From a virus: a DNA stretch of 64,000 nt. The notes below the pieces were generated by a model. The model worked only from the letters and a program-made list of their open reading frames with translations. It searched no databases and was not told where the DNA came from. The DNA lies in IMG/VR virus record IMGVR_UViG_3300037205_000062, positions 32,001-96,000 of that record. The stretch is one strand, 5' to 3'. The position numbers and the translations under genes were made by a program. Below are positions 1-9,643 of the stretch, in pieces; the first letter of the stretch is position 1; each line of letters opens with the position of its first letter.

Positions 1-258
1 ATTTCTGGGACTCAATTATTATCAAATAGTTCTTTTTATGTATTTACGGGTGGCAGTGGTATAATTTGGACTTTGCCAGCATTAAATTCTTGTACTGGAA
101 GACTTTATTATCTAAAAAATAGAGGAAGTGTTACAATTACTTTATCTGGAAATGGAACAGATAAAATTTATTCAAATGTATCATCAAGTACTTTTTCAAT
201 AAATCCTGGAGAAGCGTATACAATGATAAATGATGGACAATATTGGACAACTAATTAA
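1..258 (+). CDS. C-terminal part of a putative tail fibre/virion protein (5' end outside window)
   Basis: Frame 1 is open from base 1 (ISGTQLLSNSSFYVFTGGSGIIWTLPALNSCTGRLYYLKNRG...NDGQYWTTN). The TLP...G..Y..KN.G...W pattern is typical of phage fibre C-terminal modules. Confidence 0.55.
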   Translation: MSGTQLLSNSSFYVFTGGSGIIWTLPALNSCTGRLYYLKNRGSVTITLSGNGTDKIYSNVSSSTFSINPGEAYTMINDGQYWTTN

Positions 259-263
259 TAATA

Positions 264-2093
264 ATGTATAATATGAAGATGTTAAAAAATAAAATGTTAA
301 AGATAATTATTGGATTTTTATTCTTGACTGGGATTTCTCTTTGTCCAGTTTATGCTGCATATATTCCACCAATACCAAATCTTGTTACTAATTTTACCTT
401 TATTTCACCGATGCAATATGGTGCAGTTGGTAACGGTATAGCAAATGATACTTTGGCTTTGAGCAATTCAGTTACCGCCATGAACGCGGGCAACATCCTG
501 ATATGGGATGGGCAGGGGCAGACGTATTATATCACATCTGGAGTTGCTTGGACTGGGGGACATATTGAAATTAGGAATGCAACCATAGTAGTCCCTAGTA
601 ATTTCGTTGGGTCAGTGTTTATACACAGCCAATCAATACAAGGACAGTTAGGCAATGGAGCTTATTATCACGGTCTAACAATTGAGAGACAAGGAACAAA
701 TGCCCCCGATCCATCCGTTGTAGGTATCCAAAATGGGGTATTAGGATTTAGCTATTTCGAAGATTTAAAAACAGAATTTGTTCACTTTTCAAACCTCTGG
801 AGGAATGTAGAGATTATTAATACACCGCAATTCGATATTAGACATTGTATGATGGGTAACTGTTGGAGCAACAAGGTTTATGTGGCCCAGTCGGTTGCAC
901 AATCGCAGACGTCGAGCGAGGGCGGTGACGAGAGCATAATCACGCTGAACGACATGAACACCCTGGATGACAATAATTCTTCACCGACCAGTGTTGTTGA
1001 TTCACAACGTCATAATTGCATCGACATACAATTAGACGCCTACTGCCTCCACCTAGAGGTTTCGTACAACAACGGGGGAAGTGATAAACAGGCGGTGAAA
1101 GTTTCGCCATGGGTAGGTGGTAGTACCTTATTCTTTAGGGGCGGTGAGTATGAAGGTATGTTCGCCAATTATCCCACAAATCTTTGCGAATTTGAGATCT
1201 GGAATAGCGTTGTTCATTTTGAAGATTGTCATATTGCAGGAAATGGAGTATTTGGAACGAGTAATTATCTTGCCGCTATTGGGTTATATGCTACAAATGG
1301 TCAACATATTAGTTTTCGATCAGATACTTTTTATGGGGCATTTCCGAATGAAACTAATGTATTCGACATTTGGACTGCGGATGGATTCCTGGGCAACCTC
1401 GATTTCATCCAGTTTCCTCAATACTTGTCAGCCAATCAGTGCGGTTTTACGTGGCATACAAACTTGAATGATGTAGGGGTAAATTATCCGCTTCAACAGA
1501 CGGTGCCGACAACAATTAGCGGGACAAATACGATAGTTTGGGCACCAGGCCAGGGCACGGTGACAATCGGCACGGCGAATTGCATGGTTGCAGTGAATGA
1601 AAATGGTGTCGGACAATATTGCACGTTCGGTAATGAGGCAAATTTCAACAATGGATTTCTATCGTTGGGGAATGCTTATTTTAATAACGGAGTCACGGAA
1701 AACGGAGGAAGACCAGACATGTCGGTCAATGCTCCTTATTCTCACGTCTTAGACTTTTTTGTGCAATCATCAGGTTTATCAGATTCACACTGGGTTAACG
1801 GGACAAATTGGGTAGCAGATGTTGTTGATTATACCAATCAAGCTAATGTATTTGCTGGTTCAATTGGTATTTACGCTACCAATCAAGCAACTATGACTTC
1901 TACAGGTTATACTAACAATAATACCTATGATGTTAGAGTATTCAATCTTCAAGGTACTACTATTATATTTAGTAATAACGTTAGTACCGCCAATGCTATT
2001 ATCGGTACAATTTCGGTTAATAATGACTTTCTAACATTACATCCTCACGAAATGCTTTATGGTACTGGTATGAGTGGTAGTATCATACAATAA
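264..2093 (+). CDS. Pectate-lyase-like beta-helix protein (tailspike/depolymerase-like) with signal-peptide-like N-terminus
   Basis: SPMQYGAVGNGIANDTLAL resembles the Pectate_lyase_3 N-terminal motif. Hydrophobic N-terminus KIIIGFLFLTGISLCPVYA. Central part is more GC-rich than its flanks. Confidence 0.65.
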   Translation: MYNMKMLKNKMLKIIIGFLFLTGISLCPVYAAYIPPIPNLVTNFTFISPMQYGAVGNGIANDTLALSNSVTAMNAGNILIWDGQGQTYYITSGVAWTGGHIEIRNATIVVPSNFVGSVFIHSQSIQGQLGNGAYYHGLTIERQGTNAPDPSVVGIQNGVLGFSYFEDLKTEFVHFSNLWRNVEIINTPQFDIRHCMMGNCWSNKVYVAQSVAQSQTSSEGGDESIITLNDMNTLDDNNSSPTSVVDSQRHNCIDIQLDAYCLHLEVSYNNGGSDKQAVKVSPWVGGSTLFFRGGEYEGMFANYPTNLCEFEIWNSVVHFEDCHIAGNGVFGTSNYLAAIGLYATNGQHISFRSDTFYGAFPNETNVFDIWTADGFLGNLDFIQFPQYLSANQCGFTWHTNLNDVGVNYPLQQTVPTTISGTNTIVWAPGQGTVTIGTANCMVAVNENGVGQYCTFGNEANFNNGFLSLGNAYFNNGVTENGGRPDMSVNAPYSHVLDFFVQSSGLSDSHWVNGTNWVADVVDYTNQANVFAGSIGIYATNQATMTSTGYTNNNTYDVRVFNLQGTTIIFSNNVSTANAIIGTISVNNDFLTLHPHEMLYGTGMSGSIIQ

Positions 2094-2103
2094 TATATAA
2101 TTT

Positions 2104-3864
2104 ATGTTAACAAAAATAATTACTTTATTGTTATTTATTACTTATTCAGTAATAGCATCGACTACAATACCCAATGAGTATTGGATTTCTCCCGTACCAA
2201 CAGGTAATATTGTTCCAATGGGTGGTACGATTGATAATCCATTAGACGGTTCAAATAATACTAATTTCGATTTGAATATGGGTCTAATCCCAGCAAATTC
2301 TACTATTCACTTATTAACAGGTACATTCCAAACTAAAGGATCGTGGCAAGGATATGGATTAAAGTCTGGACAGAAAGTATGCGGTAGTGGCATTGATAAT
2401 ACTATAGTCCAATTAGTAGCACCAACTTTTGTAGGAGGTTCAGGAGTATCAGTAATGGGAAATTTTGGTTCAGTTACTAACAATGAGATACAAGACTTAA
2501 CTATAGATTGTAATGTAAGTAATGTTTTAGATACATATAGTGGAGTTGGATTGATTGGTACAGAAAATAGTATAAGAAGAGTTAAGGTAATTAACTGCGG
2601 TAAATTTGGTGGCAATAGTGAGGCTTGGGGAATAGTGATAGCAAATTATTATTTACCAGATAGTATAGGAAATATTATAGAAGAATGTGAAGTATCTCAA
2701 TTCAGGGGTGGAGGAGGTATAACTAGTATAGCATTAGCAGGTGGTGGAGATAATTTTGGTAGTAATTCAGAACCAGCTCAAACTATATCTGGTATTATAA
2801 GAAATAATAAAGTTATATTAGTTAGTACAAATTATCCTATATATTCAAAAGGTTCATGGTTTGGTATCGGTTTAGGTGGTTGGCAGCATGATGTATTGAT
2901 TGAAGGCAATTATCTAGAAGGTTGTGACGTTGGCATACCTGGAGATACGGGTTGGGCACATAATGTAATAATTCAAAATAATCAAATACTGGATTGTGAT
3001 TACGGAGTAGAAGCTATAGGATTTGATAGAGTTAATATAACTATAGCCAATAATCATGTAAGGATATTAAGTTTCTTTAATAACTCAACTAATGTAGGAG
3101 CTGAACCATTTCCTCCCTGTGCATTCTATTTTTATCCAGGAACTATATATACTTCATTTACGAACATCTGGATAACAGGGAATGTAGTTGAATATGTAGC
3201 AGGTGTATCTAATGCAATCTGGCAAGGATTCGTAGCTGGCGGGGCATTTACTGGATTAAATGTCAGTGGTAATAGTTACGATAGCTCAATGAATTATAAT
3301 ATATTTACTTGGGCACCTTCTATTAATGTATCTAGTCATGATAATACAGATTTATTTGGAAATCCAATGCCAGGAATAGGTAATTATACTTTCAATGATG
3401 GGTCAGTAAGTATAGGAGGTAGTTTAACTGTCGGCGGAGGAATATCAGGTAATGGAATTAATATAACAAATCTTAATGCTAATAATATCATGAATGGTAT
3501 TATCGCATCTTCATTATTATCTGGAACCTATTCTAATATAGTTAATTTTTCAGCAAAAAATAATACTTTTACTGGAACTTATAATGGTATTTATTCTGGA
3601 AATGGATCAAATATAATTAGTTTGAATGCGTCGAATATATCCAAAGGAATATTACCATCTTTTGCTCTTTCAGGAGTGTATTCAAGTTCTGTAACTTTAA
3701 GTAATAATCAAAATTTATTTGTAGGTAAATTTAATGGAAATGGTAGTAATATTTCTAGTATCTCTTATAATTCAATGGTGGGTGGATTAACAACGAATAT
3801 TATTATTTCTTCAAATCAAATGTTGGTTTACACGAATGGTGGTTTATCAAATATTAAAAAATAA
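2104..3864 (+). CDS. Right-handed beta-helix protein with signal-peptide-like N-terminus and fibre-like C-terminal repeats
   Basis: IHLLTGTF..., GSGIDNTIVQL, IQDLTIDCN, repeated I.NN.I / IEGN turns, three GNGxNIxxL/I(NA)S repeats; N-terminus MLTKIITLLLFITYSVIAS. Confidence 0.65.
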   Translation: MLTKIITLLLFITYSVIASTTIPNEYWISPVPTGNIVPMGGTIDNPLDGSNNTNFDLNMGLIPANSTIHLLTGTFQTKGSWQGYGLKSGQKVCGSGIDNTIVQLVAPTFVGGSGVSVMGNFGSVTNNEIQDLTIDCNVSNVLDTYSGVGLIGTENSIRRVKVINCGKFGGNSEAWGIVIANYYLPDSIGNIIEECEVSQFRGGGGITSIALAGGGDNFGSNSEPAQTISGIIRNNKVILVSTNYPIYSKGSWFGIGLGGWQHDVLIEGNYLEGCDVGIPGDTGWAHNVIIQNNQILDCDYGVEAIGFDRVNITIANNHVRILSFFNNSTNVGAEPFPPCAFYFYPGTIYTSFTNIWITGNVVEYVAGVSNAIWQGFVAGGAFTGLNVSGNSYDSSMNYNIFTWAPSINVSSHDNTDLFGNPMPGIGNYTFNDGSVSIGGSLTVGGGISGNGINITNLNANNIMNGIIASSLLSGTYSNIVNFSAKNNTFTGTYNGIYSGNGSNIISLNASNISKGILPSFALSGVYSSSVTLSNNQNLFVGKFNGNGSNISSISYNSMVGGLTTNIIISSNQMLVYTNGGLSNIKK

Positions 3865-3873
3865 ATTATTTTA

Positions 3874-3891
3874 GTGTAATTTATATTATAT
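3874..3891 (+). promoter_or_regulatory. Representative of the recurring GTGTAA + AT-rich motif (putative late promoter)
   Basis: GTGTAA immediately upstream of genes at + 3874, 4223, 8465, 11717, 12812, 14953, 25296, 39894 and - 54443-54448, 61485-61490. Confidence 0.7.
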
Positions 3892-4209
3892 ATGTCAAAT
3901 GGAGTTGTTCTAATACCAATTAACAATGGAGTTCAGATAGTTTTGAGTGGTAGTAATAATATTAATAGCAGCCTTCAAAATTATGATTGGACTACTGGAT
4001 TGACTAGTGGACTAAATAGTCAATTTATAACTTATCCAGTTGTTATTAGCTCGATTCCAACTACAATTAATTCATTCTTTCAAAACTCCATAGATAATTT
4101 TACATATTTATATAGTACTTCTGGTATTACCACAAGTGGATTCTATATTAATTTTTCTGATTATTTAAAAAATACTGGATATATACTTAACACCGAAATG
4201 TTCGTTTAA
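3892..4209 (+). CDS. Small virion-associated protein, paralogous to the C-terminal domain of the next gene
   Basis: Shares SG.N.QFITYP...IDN...INFSDYLKNTGYIL with 4237..4839; preceded by the GTGTAA motif. Confidence 0.6.
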   Translation: MSNGVVLIPINNGVQIVLSGSNNINSSLQNYDWTTGLTSGLNSQFITYPVVISSIPTTINSFFQNSIDNFTYLYSTSGITTSGFYINFSDYLKNTGYILNTEMFV

Positions 4210-4815
4210 TAATTACATTTTTGTGTAATTATATTTATGGCATTATCATATGATCTTTCAATGGGGCAAGGTTCAGATTTTAGTCTTTCATTAAATTTGA
4301 CTGGTAGTAATGGTGCGCCCATTAATTTAAGTGGATATAATATAAGCGGTTATATAAAAAATTATTTTTCTGATACGGGTTTTTTATTAAATATTTCTCC
4401 AAGTATTGTTAATGCTGCTAGTGGCTTAATCAATATTTATATTCCAGCGGCCCAAACTATTAATTTACCTATTAATATGGGAAGATATAGTATAGGTATT
4501 TCTAATGGTTTTTCTACTTCTAATGTACTTTATGGAAAAGTATTCACTTATCCAAGCGTATTTGCTACTGAAGGTTTACCGTTTACACCAATTTCTATCA
4601 CTGGACAAGATTTCTATTTTTCTACTTCTTTACTAAGTGGAGTTAATACGCAATTTATAACATATCCTAATATTTTACAAAATGCTCCTGCATCCGTCGA
4701 TTGTGATATAGAAAATAATATTGATAATTATAGTTATATATTTAATTTATCGAACATAACAAATAGTGGTTTTCAAATTAATTTTTCTGATTATTTAAAA
4801 AATACTGGATATATA
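4147..4815 (+). repeat. 39-bp identical direct repeat (4147-4185 and 4777-4815)
   Basis: attaatttttctgattatttaaaaaatactggatatata occurs at the 3' end of both adjacent genes (encodes INFSDYLKNTGYI). Confidence 0.9.
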
Positions 4816-4839
4816 TTATTGGTATCATTGGGAACTTAA
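4237..4839 (+). CDS. Virion protein with BppU-N/adaptor-like N-terminal domain plus duplicated C-terminal domain
   Basis: YDLSMGQGSDFSLSLNL...PINLSGY...G.I.I.I.AAQT..L....G.Y pattern resembles phage baseplate-upper/fibre adaptor domains. Confidence 0.55.
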   Translation: MALSYDLSMGQGSDFSLSLNLTGSNGAPINLSGYNISGYIKNYFSDTGFLLNISPSIVNAASGLINIYIPAAQTINLPINMGRYSIGISNGFSTSNVLYGKVFTYPSVFATEGLPFTPISITGQDFYFSTSLLSGVNTQFITYPNILQNAPASVDCDIENNIDNYSYIFNLSNITNSGFQINFSDYLKNTGYILLVSLGT

Positions 4840-4846
4840 ATAATTT

Positions 4847-7800
4847 ATGCCTCAAAATTTTCGTGTCGCACAACTTATTTTAAGCGGACAAGATGTTAAT
4901 AATTTATTTTATCCATTAACTGGGAATCCAAGTGGATTTATATTACCCTCGCAAACTGGGGCATTTGGTGGATCAGCTAATACTGGACAATTAACAGGTA
5001 TTTTTTATCCTTTAATTAGTAATCCCGCTGGATATTTAACTGGTTTTAATTCTGGGTTATATACCTTAAATTCTCAAACAGGTATTTTTATAACCACAGG
5101 TCAAACAGGACAATTTTATTCTATTAATAATCCATCTGGTTTTATTACTGGATTTAATTCTGGGTTATATGTATTAAATAGTAATACAGGAAACTTCATT
5201 ACTACTGGACAAACTGGTATTTTCGCTACTAGTTCTAACTTAAATTTAACTGGAAGTGGTTTACAAGCTAATATAACTTCTCTTTCTGGATTTTTAACAT
5301 CTAATTATTCTACTACTGTAAGTATTTCTAATACTTATGCGACAATTACTAATTTGGCGTCTACTGGAAGTACTTTAGTTAGTTTAATAAATTCTTTATC
5401 TGGATTTAGCACTGGAACATTTATAACAACAGGACAAACTGGACAATTTGCCTCAACAAATAATTTATTATTAACTGGTTCTGGATTATCAGTTAGTATT
5501 AATTCTTTATCTGGTTATAGTAATAATACTTTTAGTACAATTTCTAATTTAGCAATTACTGGTTCGACTTTGGTTAGTTTAATTAATACACTTTCTGGTT
5601 ATGATTCGGGAGTTTATGTAAATAAAAATTCTACTGGAATTTTTATAACTACAGGGCAAACTGGAGCATTTTATGCCGCCTCAAATCCATTAGGTTTTTC
5701 TTTATTAACGGGTACAAACTATCATAGTGGAAATTCATTTAGTATTGGAAATGATATAATTTCTGGAAATGTATCAGGTTATATTTTTAGTGGAACCAAC
5801 TTTATTATTAATGGAAATTCAGTTATTACTAATAATCAAACTGGACAATTTTATCCAAATATAGGAAATCCATCTGGATTTATTATACCATCGCAAACTG
5901 GAGCATTTTATTCCTCATCAAATCCTAACGCTTATATTACGGCGGCAAGTTTAACCCCATATTATTTAAATACTAATCCTTCAGGTTTTATTACTGGATT
6001 TAATAGTGGTTTATATACCTTAAATTCTAACACAGGAAATTTTATAACAAATTCTCAAACAGGTATTTTTGTTACAACAGGTCAAACTGGTGCTTTTGGT
6101 GGTTCAGTTAATACGGGCCAACTAACAGGAGCATTCTATCCTCTTACTGGAAATCCTTCAGGATTTATTTTATCATCTCAAACTGGAAACTTTATTACTA
6201 ATAACCAAACAGGAATATTTGTAGTAACTGGTGCAACTGGAGCTTTCATTACTACTGGACAAACTGGAGCTTTTTATTCAACTTCAAATCCTAATAATTA
6301 TATTTCGACTGTAAATACTGGTTATTATACTGGTATTTTTTATCCATTAACGGGTAATCCTAGTGGTTTTATTTTACCGTCTCAGACTGGTGCTTTTTAT
6401 CCTAATGTTGGAAACCCAAGCGGATTCATATTACCAAGTCAAACTGGCGCATTTGCTTCAATTATTAATTTAGGTTTAACTGGTAATACTCTTTCTAATT
6501 GGACTGGAAATTCTACAGGATTATATTATCCATTAAATACAAATCCTAGTGGTTATATTACTGGATTTAACAGTGGACTATATACACTTAACAGTAATAC
6601 TGGTAATTTTATAACTACAAATCAAACAGGAGCCTTTCAATCAGCATTGGGATATATACCCTTAAATAAAGCGGGGGATTTTACTACTGGAATTTTTTAT
6701 TTAAGTGGAACACATTATTTTACATATACTGGAATAAATACAGGAATTTCTGGGATATTATTTATAGGCAATAATACTTTAGCAACTACTGGTAATCCAG
6801 TACAAAATTCAGCCTCATTAATATTTAGTGGTCAAGGATGGGTGAGTGGGGCAGGAGGAACTGGAAGTCAGGTATCTACTTGGGCTATATATAATAATCC
6901 AATTTCTGGAGGAACTTTATCTTCTGAATTAATTTTCGCATATTCATTAAATACTGGCATTTCTGGTGTTTTTAATTATATTCCACAAGTTATTTTCAAT
7001 ACATCAAGTGGATTAAATGTTTTTGGAAATATTTATCAAAATAATAATCAAGTAGTTACTATAAATCAAACTGGGCAATTCTATTCTATTAATAATCCAT
7101 CAGGATATATTACTGGGTTAAATACGGGTAATTTTATTACAAATTCTCAAACAGGTGTATTTTATCCTAATTTTGGTAATCCTAGTGGTTTTATATTACC
7201 AAGTCAAACAGGAAACTTTTTAACTTCTGTACCAACTGGAAATTTAACTGGAGCATTTTATCCTTTATCAAGTAATCCTTCTGGATATTTGACTGGTTTT
7301 AACTCTGGACTTTATACATTAAATAGTAATACGGGGAGCTTTATTACTACATCTCAAACAGGAGCTTTCTATCCAAATTTTGGAAACCCAAGTGGATTTA
7401 TTTTGCCTAGTCAAACTGGTGTATTTGTTACCACTAATCAAACTGGGGCATTTGGTGGAGGATCAACTCCTACTGGAAATTTAACTGGTGTTTTTTATCC
7501 ATTAACTGGAAACCCAAGCGGATTCATATTACCGTCACAGACGGGCGCTTTTTATGCCGCTTCAAATCCAAATAATTATATTACATCTTCTCAGATCGGG
7601 GGGGTACAGACTATTAATATAACTGGATTATCTATTTCTGGTAACTTAACTTTTACTGGTATAAATGGTATGTTACTAAGTACTGGAAGTAGCTCTATTA
7701 TAAGATTCGATGGTTCAAATTTTGCATTATCTTCTCAAACAGGTACATTTATTACAAGTAGCCAAACTGGGGCTTTTTATCCAAATGCAGGAAATCCAAG

Positions 7801-8461
7801 CGGATTCATATTACCAAGTCAAACTGGAAATTTTGCATCAGCAGCAAATTTACTTACTACTGGAACTAGTTTGCAGAATGCTGTAAACGCCCTTAATACT
7901 TGGAGTGGAAGCTCTACTGGTATATATTATCCTTACCATTCTAATCCATCAGGATATATTACTGGAGTATCTTTGACATCATCTACTGGTATCATTATTG
8001 GTGGTACGCAACAAAATCCTACAATTAATACATATTTTGGTTCGCAATTTATTACTGGTTTACAATTAAATACCATATTGACTTCTTCTAATACGTATTT
8101 TAATATCCTTTCTGGAAATGTTGGTCCTGGAACTTGGCTAACTTTATCATCATTAACAGCTAGAAGTGTCGGTATTGATTGTATAGTTACTACTAAATTA
8201 TGGAGTGGTTCTGGAGCATTTGTATCTAAAGAAATTGCTTTACCATTTAGCGGAACGACCGCTACAACAACTGGATTGGCATCTATTAGTCTTAATACTA
8301 TTATTACAACTGTCGCAGGGTCTACTCCTATTGTATTATCTTCCGCTACTACTTTTGGTGCATCAGGTAATCCAATTATTGAATCAGCTCCATCTAATAA
8401 TTTGACACCTGGAATACCTTCAGGAACTTCGACTTTTATCAATATGGTAAGATTGTATTAA
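4847..8461 (+). CDS. 1204-aa Thr/Gly/Ser/Asn-rich repetitive fibre-like virion protein
   Basis: Many copies of FYPxxGNPSGFILPSQTGxF, NPSGYITGFNSGLYTLNSNTG and FITTGQTG; almost no charged residues. Confidence 0.7.
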   Translation: MPQNFRVAQLILSGQDVNNLFYPLTGNPSGFILPSQTGAFGGSANTGQLTGIFYPLISNPAGYLTGFNSGLYTLNSQTGIFITTGQTGQFYSINNPSGFITGFNSGLYVLNSNTGNFITTGQTGIFATSSNLNLTGSGLQANITSLSGFLTSNYSTTVSISNTYATITNLASTGSTLVSLINSLSGFSTGTFITTGQTGQFASTNNLLLTGSGLSVSINSLSGYSNNTFSTISNLAITGSTLVSLINTLSGYDSGVYVNKNSTGIFITTGQTGAFYAASNPLGFSLLTGTNYHSGNSFSIGNDIISGNVSGYIFSGTNFIINGNSVITNNQTGQFYPNIGNPSGFIIPSQTGAFYSSSNPNAYITAASLTPYYLNTNPSGFITGFNSGLYTLNSNTGNFITNSQTGIFVTTGQTGAFGGSVNTGQLTGAFYPLTGNPSGFILSSQTGNFITNNQTGIFVVTGATGAFITTGQTGAFYSTSNPNNYISTVNTGYYTGIFYPLTGNPSGFILPSQTGAFYPNVGNPSGFILPSQTGAFASIINLGLTGNTLSNWTGNSTGLYYPLNTNPSGYITGFNSGLYTLNSNTGNFITTNQTGAFQSALGYIPLNKAGDFTTGIFYLSGTHYFTYTGINTGISGILFIGNNTLATTGNPVQNSASLIFSGQGWVSGAGGTGSQVSTWAIYNNPISGGTLSSELIFAYSLNTGISGVFNYIPQVIFNTSSGLNVFGNIYQNNNQVVTINQTGQFYSINNPSGYITGLNTGNFITNSQTGVFYPNFGNPSGFILPSQTGNFLTSVPTGNLTGAFYPLSSNPSGYLTGFNSGLYTLNSNTGSFITTSQTGAFYPNFGNPSGFILPSQTGVFVTTNQTGAFGGGSTPTGNLTGVFYPLTGNPSGFILPSQTGAFYAASNPNNYITSSQIGGVQTINITGLSISGNLTFTGINGMLLSTGSSSIIRFDGSNFALSSQTGTFITSSQTGAFYPNAGNPSGFILPSQTGNFASAANLLTTGTSLQNAVNALNTWSGSSTGIYYPYHSNPSGYITGVSLTSSTGIIIGGTQQNPTINTYFGSQFITGLQLNTILTSSNTYFNILSGNVGPGTWLTLSSLTARSVGIDCIVTTKLWSGSGAFVSKEIALPFSGTTATTTGLASISLNTIITTVAGSTPIVLSSATTFGASGNPIIESAPSNNLTPGIPSGTSTFINMVRLY

Positions 8462-8479
8462 AAAGTGTAATATAAATAT

Positions 8480-8983
8480 ATGAAGATTATAGATATTGCT
8501 AATGAAATATACGAAGAAAGTTTTGAGCCAACTTATACTTCTATTCCTGCAATTTCATTTTGGATTAGAGGAAAAATTGGTACTATTAATAGTCTCCTTT
8601 GTGAAGATTTTCAAATTAATTCAAGTACATTAGAAATTAATTATTGCGATGGAAGCGAAATTAGTATTGACGCTGTAGCCATTATAAAACAATTATATCG
8701 TTTATATGATCTACAACAACAGGTTAATAATCTTATGAATGCTTTGGCTAGTGATTCTCTTTTATCTGTAAAAGATGCTTTTGGTGGCGGAGAATATACA
8801 AGAGTAAATAAAAATTCTATGGCGCAAACTCTTATTTCTTTAAGAAAAGATGAAATGAAAACTTTTGATATACTTGTTGGTGCGTATAAGATTAATAGAG
8901 GTAAACCATTAGCTGTGAATGGCGATGATACTATCTCGGCACCATATTGGAATGAAGGATATACAAGTCTAAGAGACGTTTAA
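8480..8983 (+). CDS. Putative head-tail adaptor/connector
   Basis: Helical 167-aa ORF, first of four neck-sized genes before the tail tube; inferred from synteny only. Confidence 0.4.
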   Translation: MKIIDIANEIYEESFEPTYTSIPAISFWIRGKIGTINSLLCEDFQINSSTLEINYCDGSEISIDAVAIIKQLYRLYDLQQQVNNLMNALASDSLLSVKDAFGGGEYTRVNKNSMAQTLISLRKDEMKTFDILVGAYKINRGKPLAVNGDDTISAPYWNEGYTSLRDV

Positions 8984-8984
8984 T

Positions 8985-9446
8985 ATGTCAAGTTTAATTT
9001 CATCAACAGAAATGTTAAATTCTACAGGAGTATTTCAAAATATATTTGATTCTTGGAGTCGTCAAATTATTATATTTAAAGAACCTATAAAACAACAAAT
9101 ATTACCACAAAATTCTTCTGCTCTTTTTGGATTTGGATCAAGTCAATCAACTGAATTATATAATTATACTCCTATTACTGGTGTATTTCCAGCACTTATT
9201 AGATATAATGATAGATATGCGAGTAAAGATAAAAGTGACCAATTACAATCAGAAATTAATGAATATATATCTGATGGTCCTGTTTCTATTAAAGTTAGAC
9301 AAGATTGTAGAGATTTTATTATTGTTGGTAAAACGCAAAAAATACAGATAGATAATCAAGAATATTTACTTGACGATGTTGATTTTAAAGTTGATTATTT
9401 CTTTCAGTCTATGTATTATATATTTGATTTAGAACGCAAAATGTAG
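8985..9446 (+). CDS. Putative head-closure (stopper) protein
   Basis: Size, beta-rich pattern (KIQIDNQEYLLD...YYIFDLER) and position. Confidence 0.4.
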   Translation: MSSLISSTEMLNSTGVFQNIFDSWSRQIIIFKEPIKQQILPQNSSALFGFGSSQSTELYNYTPITGVFPALIRYNDRYASKDKSDQLQSEINEYISDGPVSIKVRQDCRDFIIVGKTQKIQIDNQEYLLDDVDFKVDYFFQSMYYIFDLERKM

Positions 9447-9458
9447 TATCATATAAGT

Positions 9459-9642
9459 ATGATAAATTTAAAAATAATTTCAAAAAAATCTGGAATTTAC
9501 AAATTAACTAATAAAATTTTATTCTATTAGAGAGGCTGCTAGTTATTTTAATGTTACCAGTCAGTATATAGGACAAATTTTAAATAATAAAACAAAAAAT
9601 CCAAAAATATTAGAAGATTTTGAAATTAAAAGGATAAATTAA
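9459..9642 (+). pseudogene. Internally deleted GIY-YIG homing endonuclease remnant
   Basis: ATG at 9459 gives MINLKIISKKSGIYKLTNKILFY* (GIY motif). The +1 frame from about 9517 gives FYSIREAASYFNVTSQYIGQILNNK...* (NUMOD1-like HTH), ending TAA 9640-9642. Confidence 0.75.
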
Positions 9643-9643
9643 T

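Noticed and set aside
7966-7977. Partial match AGTATCTTTGAC to the predicted unit 2 target
   Set aside because: The match breaks down over the rest of the second half-site; compatible with chance in AT-rich DNA.
4847-8461. DGR template/variable repeats or a DNA-level repeat array
   Set aside because: The repeats differ at synonymous positions of all bases, so they are protein-level, and no reverse transcriptase is present in the window.
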